Assembly (NCBI GenBank): GCA_965222375.1
Contig: CBDCTZ010000015.1
Coordinates: 352,001 to 416,000, forward strand
Direction of reading: 5' to 3'
DNA from: Polyangiaceae bacterium
GTDB lineage: Bacteria > Myxococcota_A > Polyangia > Polyangiales > Polyangiaceae
Length of the DNA: 64,000 nucleotides
Position numbers and translations under genes: made by a program. Shown here piece by piece: positions 59,274 to 64,000 of this stretch; the first letter of the stretch is position 1; each line of letters opens with the position of its first letter. The notes beneath the pieces are model-generated. The model was not told the origin of the DNA. It made no database searches and saw nothing but the letters and a program-made list of their open reading frames with translations.

Positions 59274-61151
59274 GTGGGAGAAGGATTTCGCCACTTGGCG
59301 GTCATCTCAGCTTGCGTGAGCGCCCACCAGGCACACCTCGGCGCATCGAGCTGGCATGCCGAGTTCACCTGCGTGCAGTGTCACCTCGTGCCCACGGCGA
59401 TCTTCGACACCGGGCATATCGACAGTCCCCTTCCCGCGGAAGTGCTCTGGGATCCCACGGATCGCGCAAGCGCAGACAGCGCAACGCCAACCTGGAACGG
59501 AACCACCTGCAGCGGTGTCTATTGCCACGGTTCGACCATCAAGAACACCGGGGCCAACGTCACACCGAATTGGACGACGGTGGATGGCTCTCAGAGCGAG
59601 TGCGGCAAGGCGTGCCACACCACACCTCCGGCCAACGGCCACACGTCGAACACGGACTGCAAGCGATGTCACGGTGCGGTCATCAACAACTTCGCCGGAG
59701 CGGCAACGACCTGGGTCGACGCGAGCAAGCACATCAACGGACAGATCGAGGTCACGGGTGTCCTCAATTGCACTAGCTGTCACGGCAACGCCGCCACCTC
59801 CGACTCCAGCCCACCGACAGGTACCCAGGGCGAAACCCAGACCAACCAGGCCGCCGTAGGCGCACATCAAGCTCACTTGACCGCGGCAAACTGGCATCGC
59901 CAGGTGGCATGTACCGACTGCCACACTCTGCCGACCTCCACGGGGCACTCCAACGGCGCTGTGGACTTCAATTGGGGCGGGCCATCCAAAGCCGATGGTG
60001 CCAACCCTGCCTACAATCCGTCTAGCGCCACTTGCGCCGGCAGCTACTGCCACGGCAGCACGCTCTTCGGACCGAAGCCCGGCGGCTCCACCAAGACAGC
60101 GCCGGTGTGGACCACGGTCAACGGGAGCTTCGACGCTTGCGGAACCAGCTGCCACACCAATCCGCCCGGCGGCACCCATCCCGCCGGGACCGACTGCGCC
60201 ACATGCCACGGCGCGGTCGTTCAGAGTTTCAACCCGAGCAACAACGCCACGGTGTGGCAGGACGCGTCGAAGCACGTCAATGGCATCGTAGAGCGCTCTG
60301 CGTATCACGACTTGCCGAATTGGACCTCACCCAAGGGCAACGGCAATCACCACGGCAGCAACTACTTCTTGACCCAACAGGAGCGCGACGAGCATGGCGC
60401 GCTGTGTAGCAGCTGCCATGGCGCAAACCTCGACGGCGGCACGTCGGGCGTGTCCTGCAACAACGCTAGCTGTCACGGCGGCAATTGGAAGTCCTGCGAC
60501 TTCTGCCACGGCACGCCGCCGAGCACGTCCGCGCCGCCCCTGGGAGTGGCCGGCGAAACCACGACGAATACCCTCGCGGTGGGTCGTCACACCGCGCATC
60601 TGACCGCAAGCAGCTCTCATCAGGCTTTTGCTTGCTCCACCTGCCACACCGTGCCCGGCGCCGGCAACGTCAGCCACGCTTTGGAGTACGTGCCCTCGGC
60701 CAATCTGCAGACCGCGGGTCATCACGGCAACGTCACATTTTCTGGCCCAGCTAGCGGAATGACCTGGAACGTCAACGCGACCGGAGGCAATCCCATCAAC
60801 CGCCGCGGCACCTGCGTTGGGGGCTGTCACTCCAACGGCGCCGGTGGCCCGCCAAACGTAACCCCGTATTGGGCCGGCGGCAGCTGGTCGACACCCTGCA
60901 ACAACTGTCACAGCGATCCACCCCAGAACGGTGAACACGACAAGCACGTCAAGGACGAGAATCTGTCCTGCGCCACCTGCCACACGCCCCTAAACTCGGG
61001 AACGCACCTGAACGGGCAAACGGACGTGCGACCCAGCATCAGCGGCCCGAGCGGCGGAAGCGTCACCTACAACCCCAACGCATGTGGCAACGGCAACCCG
61101 GGTTGCAGCGGCAACTGCCACGGGGAAGACCGTCAGACCGAGTGTTGGTAG
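59274..61151 (+). CDS. Multiheme c-type cytochrome with CxxxxCH/CxxCH repeats, 17 heme motifs, N-terminus apparently incomplete
   Basis: 10 CxxCH, 4 CxxxCH and 3 CxxxxCH motifs. Repeated AHQAHL...H.NG units. No clear signal peptide. Confidence 0.88.
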   Translation: MGEGFRHLAVISACVSAHQAHLGASSWHAEFTCVQCHLVPTAIFDTGHIDSPLPAEVLWDPTDRASADSATPTWNGTTCSGVYCHGSTIKNTGANVTPNWTTVDGSQSECGKACHTTPPANGHTSNTDCKRCHGAVINNFAGAATTWVDASKHINGQIEVTGVLNCTSCHGNAATSDSSPPTGTQGETQTNQAAVGAHQAHLTAANWHRQVACTDCHTLPTSTGHSNGAVDFNWGGPSKADGANPAYNPSSATCAGSYCHGSTLFGPKPGGSTKTAPVWTTVNGSFDACGTSCHTNPPGGTHPAGTDCATCHGAVVQSFNPSNNATVWQDASKHVNGIVERSAYHDLPNWTSPKGNGNHHGSNYFLTQQERDEHGALCSSCHGANLDGGTSGVSCNNASCHGGNWKSCDFCHGTPPSTSAPPLGVAGETTTNTLAVGRHTAHLTASSSHQAFACSTCHTVPGAGNVSHALEYVPSANLQTAGHHGNVTFSGPASGMTWNVNATGGNPINRRGTCVGGCHSNGAGGPPNVTPYWAGGSWSTPCNNCHSDPPQNGEHDKHVKDENLSCATCHTPLNSGTHLNGQTDVRPSISGPSGGSVTYNPNACGNGNPGCSGNCHGEDRQTECW

Positions 61152-61449
61152 CCACCGAACTCGATCGGCCGCGAAGCAGTGGATTCGCCGCTGACGCGGC
61201 GCCCGTTCAGCCCGTTGGAGGAGCCGGAATTGAAAAGCGGAAGATCGAGCGCCCGTTGATCGACAAACTCGTGATCAACAAGTCCAGCTCGCCCCCCTCG
61301 GGCACAGGCCCGGCCGAACAAGCCTGCAAATAGCGTCACGAGCGGCACTCTCGGCTTGGGCACGCGACTCCAGCCGAATGACGCGGCCCGCCAACGAAAA
61401 ACGACCCAGCCCCCTTGCAGCGCATCCGACAAAGCGGTCTGCTCAGTAC

Positions 61450-62178
61450 ATGCCTGGTGGCGGAGTACCCGAGTGGTTCGGCAGGGGTGAGGAAGAGAAA
61501 GCACCGCGGCGAAAGCGTGGCTCCGGAGCAGGGGGCGCTAGCGGCGGAGGAGGCTCTGGCGGCGGAGGCTCGGGGAAGGGTCCGTCAAAGGCCATCGCAT
61601 TCTCAGCGTTCGCGGTCGCCGCCATCGGCGGCGTCATCGCGTTCAATGTTCAGAAGCAGACGGACCAGCAGGCGCAGGCGGAAAGCCATGCTGCGGCACG
61701 CGCCCAAGAGCAGTTGAGGGCCGAAAAGGCGCGCAAGCGCATGCTTGCGGAAATCAAGAAAGCCGCGGAGGCGACTCCCGAGCCCGAGCCTGTGGATCCC
61801 TCCGACCTGCCCTCGATCGACGACGTGCTCGCAGAAGACGCGGAAGAAGCGGACGAAGAGGAAGCCAGTGAGGATGCGGGCGCTGTCGGCAAGCGGGACA
61901 GCGCATCCGTGCTGCGTATCACCCGAGCGCTCAATCCCCAGGTGCAGCGTTGCTACGAAACGCAGCTTGCCAGGGACCCAGACCTACGCGGCCGCGCCAA
62001 CGTCACCCTGCAAATCAACGAAGAAGGGCGCGTGTCCAAAGCCACGGTTCAGCTCGTGGGCCAGCTCCCGGCCTCGATGCGCGGTTGCATCGCCGGCGTA
62101 TTCAGAAAGGCGCGCTTCGAACCTGCAAGCGACGTGGCCACAGTGAAGCTACCCATCATCTTCAGCGCGAACCGCTAG
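61450..62178 (+). CDS. Membrane protein with an AgmX/PglI (TonB-C-like) C-terminal domain
   Basis: One TM helix, acidic linker, VQRCYE..L.RDPDLRG...GRV...CI. Confidence 0.8.
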   Translation: MPGGGVPEWFGRGEEEKAPRRKRGSGAGGASGGGGSGGGGSGKGPSKAIAFSAFAVAAIGGVIAFNVQKQTDQQAQAESHAAARAQEQLRAEKARKRMLAEIKKAAEATPEPEPVDPSDLPSIDDVLAEDAEEADEEEASEDAGAVGKRDSASVLRITRALNPQVQRCYETQLARDPDLRGRANVTLQINEEGRVSKATVQLVGQLPASMRGCIAGVFRKARFEPASDVATVKLPIIFSANR

Positions 62179-62245
62179 ATCCGCTCCAACACGCGTTGGG
62201 AAGTAGACACTTGCCGGGGTGCTTCGTCCCCGTCAGGCTTGAAAA

Positions 62246-62836
62246 GTGAGCAGCAGCGCCCAACTTTCTCTCGAACGAGCGCGCCGGCACTATTTCGAGT
62301 CTCTGGGTACGGCTGGTATCGACTACGACTCCTGGTTCATTCGGATACCCCTCTATGGCGTGCAAGTGGGCATACTGAACCCGCCCGCTCACGGCCGAGC
62401 CCTCCGCGCTCACGACTTGCACCACATACTCACCGGCTACGACACGTCCATAGTCGGCGAGTGCGAAATCAGCGCCTGGGAACTAGCCGGGGGCAGCGGA
62501 GCCTATGTGGCAGCGATAGGCTTCGACCTCGCCGGCACCGGGCTGGGCATGCTGCTCGCGCCTCATCGCACCCTGCTTGCTTTCGCGCGCGGGCGCCGCA
62601 GCCAAAATCTGTTTCGCCGCCGCTATTCCGATGCGTTGCTCAGCCGCAGCGTTGGCGAGATGCGCGACGAGCTGAAGATCGGCCCGGCCCCAACTCCGAC
62701 CCTCGGCGACATGGTGCGATTCGCCTTCTGGGCCAGCCTCGGTCTCTTCGGTTTGGTGCTGTGGCCCCTCACCTGGATTGCCATCGTCGTGACCTGTTTG
62801 GCTCCGCCACCCCGCGAGTCGCGGGCCACCCCATGA
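62246..62836 (+). CDS. Coq4-like HDxxH protein
   Basis: AHDLHHILTGYDTSIVGE. Confidence 0.7.
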   Translation: MSSSAQLSLERARRHYFESLGTAGIDYDSWFIRIPLYGVQVGILNPPAHGRALRAHDLHHILTGYDTSIVGECEISAWELAGGSGAYVAAIGFDLAGTGLGMLLAPHRTLLAFARGRRSQNLFRRRYSDALLSRSVGEMRDELKIGPAPTPTLGDMVRFAFWASLGLFGLVLWPLTWIAIVVTCLAPPPRESRATP

Positions 62837-62842
62837 AAGCAG

Positions 62843-63814
62843 CTAGCGTGCTGTAGGCGCAGTGGTGCCCTGGATCTGGACGCCGCAGTAGGGACACGGG
62901 TGGGCCGTACTGCCCGCAGGCACCGAGGAGGGCGCCCCGCAGCCCGGGCACGGGAATTCGTGTGCGGCAACGTCAATCTTCTTTCCACATCGAAAGCAGA
63001 TCACCGCCGTGGCGCCGGTCACGACATCCAGCTGCCCACCGCAGCCGCCACAGCGGCGCAACAGCATCGCAGGAGGCTGAGCCTCGATGTACTGGTCGGT
63101 CAGCCCGGCGTCTTGGATCATGTGGTGCTGACAGTTCTGGGAGATGTACGGCAGCCAGCCCTGAACGAAGGCCGAGATCCCAACTCGTTCGATCACCTGG
63201 GGTGTCACGTCATCCGGGTACTTGGCGAAAGACCCGGCTTCCGTGACGGCTTTCATCTGCGTGGCCAACTGATTGCGAAAAGCCTGGTACACCGCCCAGA
63301 ACGCGTTGTCTGGGAATTGTAGCTGCTGCGGTGGACCACCCAGAGCCACAGCGAAGATCCCGAAGGACACCACGGCACCTTGGAGCATCTGCGACTGACG
63401 CAACTCCGCGATGCGCTGATTCATGTACTTCGTCCACTCCACGACCCGGGGGTCCATGTCGTGCACGGTCATCGTGTCCGTGTAGTAGTCGAGGTAGCGA
63501 ACGCGGTAGTCCGCGTCGACGATGCGTGGCGAATACGACGACGGGCACAGTTCGATGTGTTTCTGGAACAGATGAGTGTAGAGCGACTTGACGGTGCCTC
63601 GGTCACCCTGCCACACAGCCGCCTTGATCTGCGGCGCGAGCTGCCGATGCAGCGCTTCGTAGGCTGGACCGGGCAGCGCGTTGCCCTTCGAGCAGGCCAT
63701 GCTGAAATCCCAATCCGAAAGCGCCCCGCAGAAGTCGCAGTACACGTACGCCGTCGGCGACGGCAGCTGCTTCGGCCCTCCACAGGAGTGGCACTTGACG
63801 ACTCGAACCCGCAC
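62843..63814 (-). CDS. Zinc-ribbon protein
   Basis: Two N-terminal and four C-terminal CxxCG motifs. Confidence 0.75.
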   Translation of the reverse strand: MRVRVVKCHSCGGPKQLPSPTAYVYCDFCGALSDWDFSMACSKGNALPGPAYEALHRQLAPQIKAAVWQGDRGTVKSLYTHLFQKHIELCPSSYSPRIVDADYRVRYLDYYTDTMTVHDMDPRVVEWTKYMNQRIAELRQSQMLQGAVVSFGIFAVALGGPPQQLQFPDNAFWAVYQAFRNQLATQMKAVTEAGSFAKYPDDVTPQVIERVGISAFVQGWLPYISQNCQHHMIQDAGLTDQYIEAQPPAMLLRRCGGCGGQLDVVTGATAVICFRCGKKIDVAAHEFPCPGCGAPSSVPAGSTAHPCPYCGVQIQGTTAPTAR

Positions 63815-63927
63815 GCCGCCAGCATAGCCAGGTTGTCAGCGGCCGACAGCGCTTTTTGGACCGCCCTGGACGCGGTCCGTCGACGCGCTGTCCTCGTCCA
63901 CCCGTAATCACTGCGCCGGACGTGCGT

Positions 63928-64000
63928 TCAACCCGAGCCGTTCACCATCAACTCGGAGATCGCCCCTGTTTTCGGATCGTACTTGAAATTGAAGTAGCAG
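63928..64000 (-). CDS. 3' end of a CDS entering from beyond the window
   Basis: Open frame CYFNFKYDPKTGAISELMVNGSG-stop. Confidence 0.5.
   Translation of the reverse strand, partial: CYFNFKYDPKTGAISELMVNGSG

Overview
GC-rich bacterial DNA whose gene content points to a myxobacterium (Polyangia-like, inferred): lipoproteins with Gly/Ala/Ser linkers, an FHA-sigma54 activator/Ser-Thr kinase/PEGA triad and an AgmX-type protein. I found no rRNA, tRNA, CRISPR array or intact mobile element. Main points: (1) A hidden selenoprotein that the ORF track splits in two: a peroxiredoxin-like lipoprotein with a W-U-P-Y-C motif and a SECIS-like hairpin (13889-14470). (2) A selenium/molybdenum-linked ygeW/ygeY/ygfK/ssnA/xdh purine-catabolism gene set scattered over up to three islands, with a shortened YgfK and two PLP enzymes but no dpaL in the window. 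(3) A tightly coupled signalling operon: PAS kinase, Roadblock, oxygen-binding di-iron-like MBL, REC/DUF4388, ParA, Roadblock-like. It is divergent from a degenerate sigma54 activator. (4) An ECF sigma/anti-sigma locus with a three-copy candidate promoter motif, next to secreted beta-helix, Kelch and PL14-like lipoproteins. (5) A 17-heme CxxCH/CxxxCH/CxxxxCH cytochrome with an apparently damaged N-terminus. (6) Many short orphan gene fragments and homopolymer frameshifts, which may be gene decay or assembly error. All product calls come from motif recognition by eye, not database searches.
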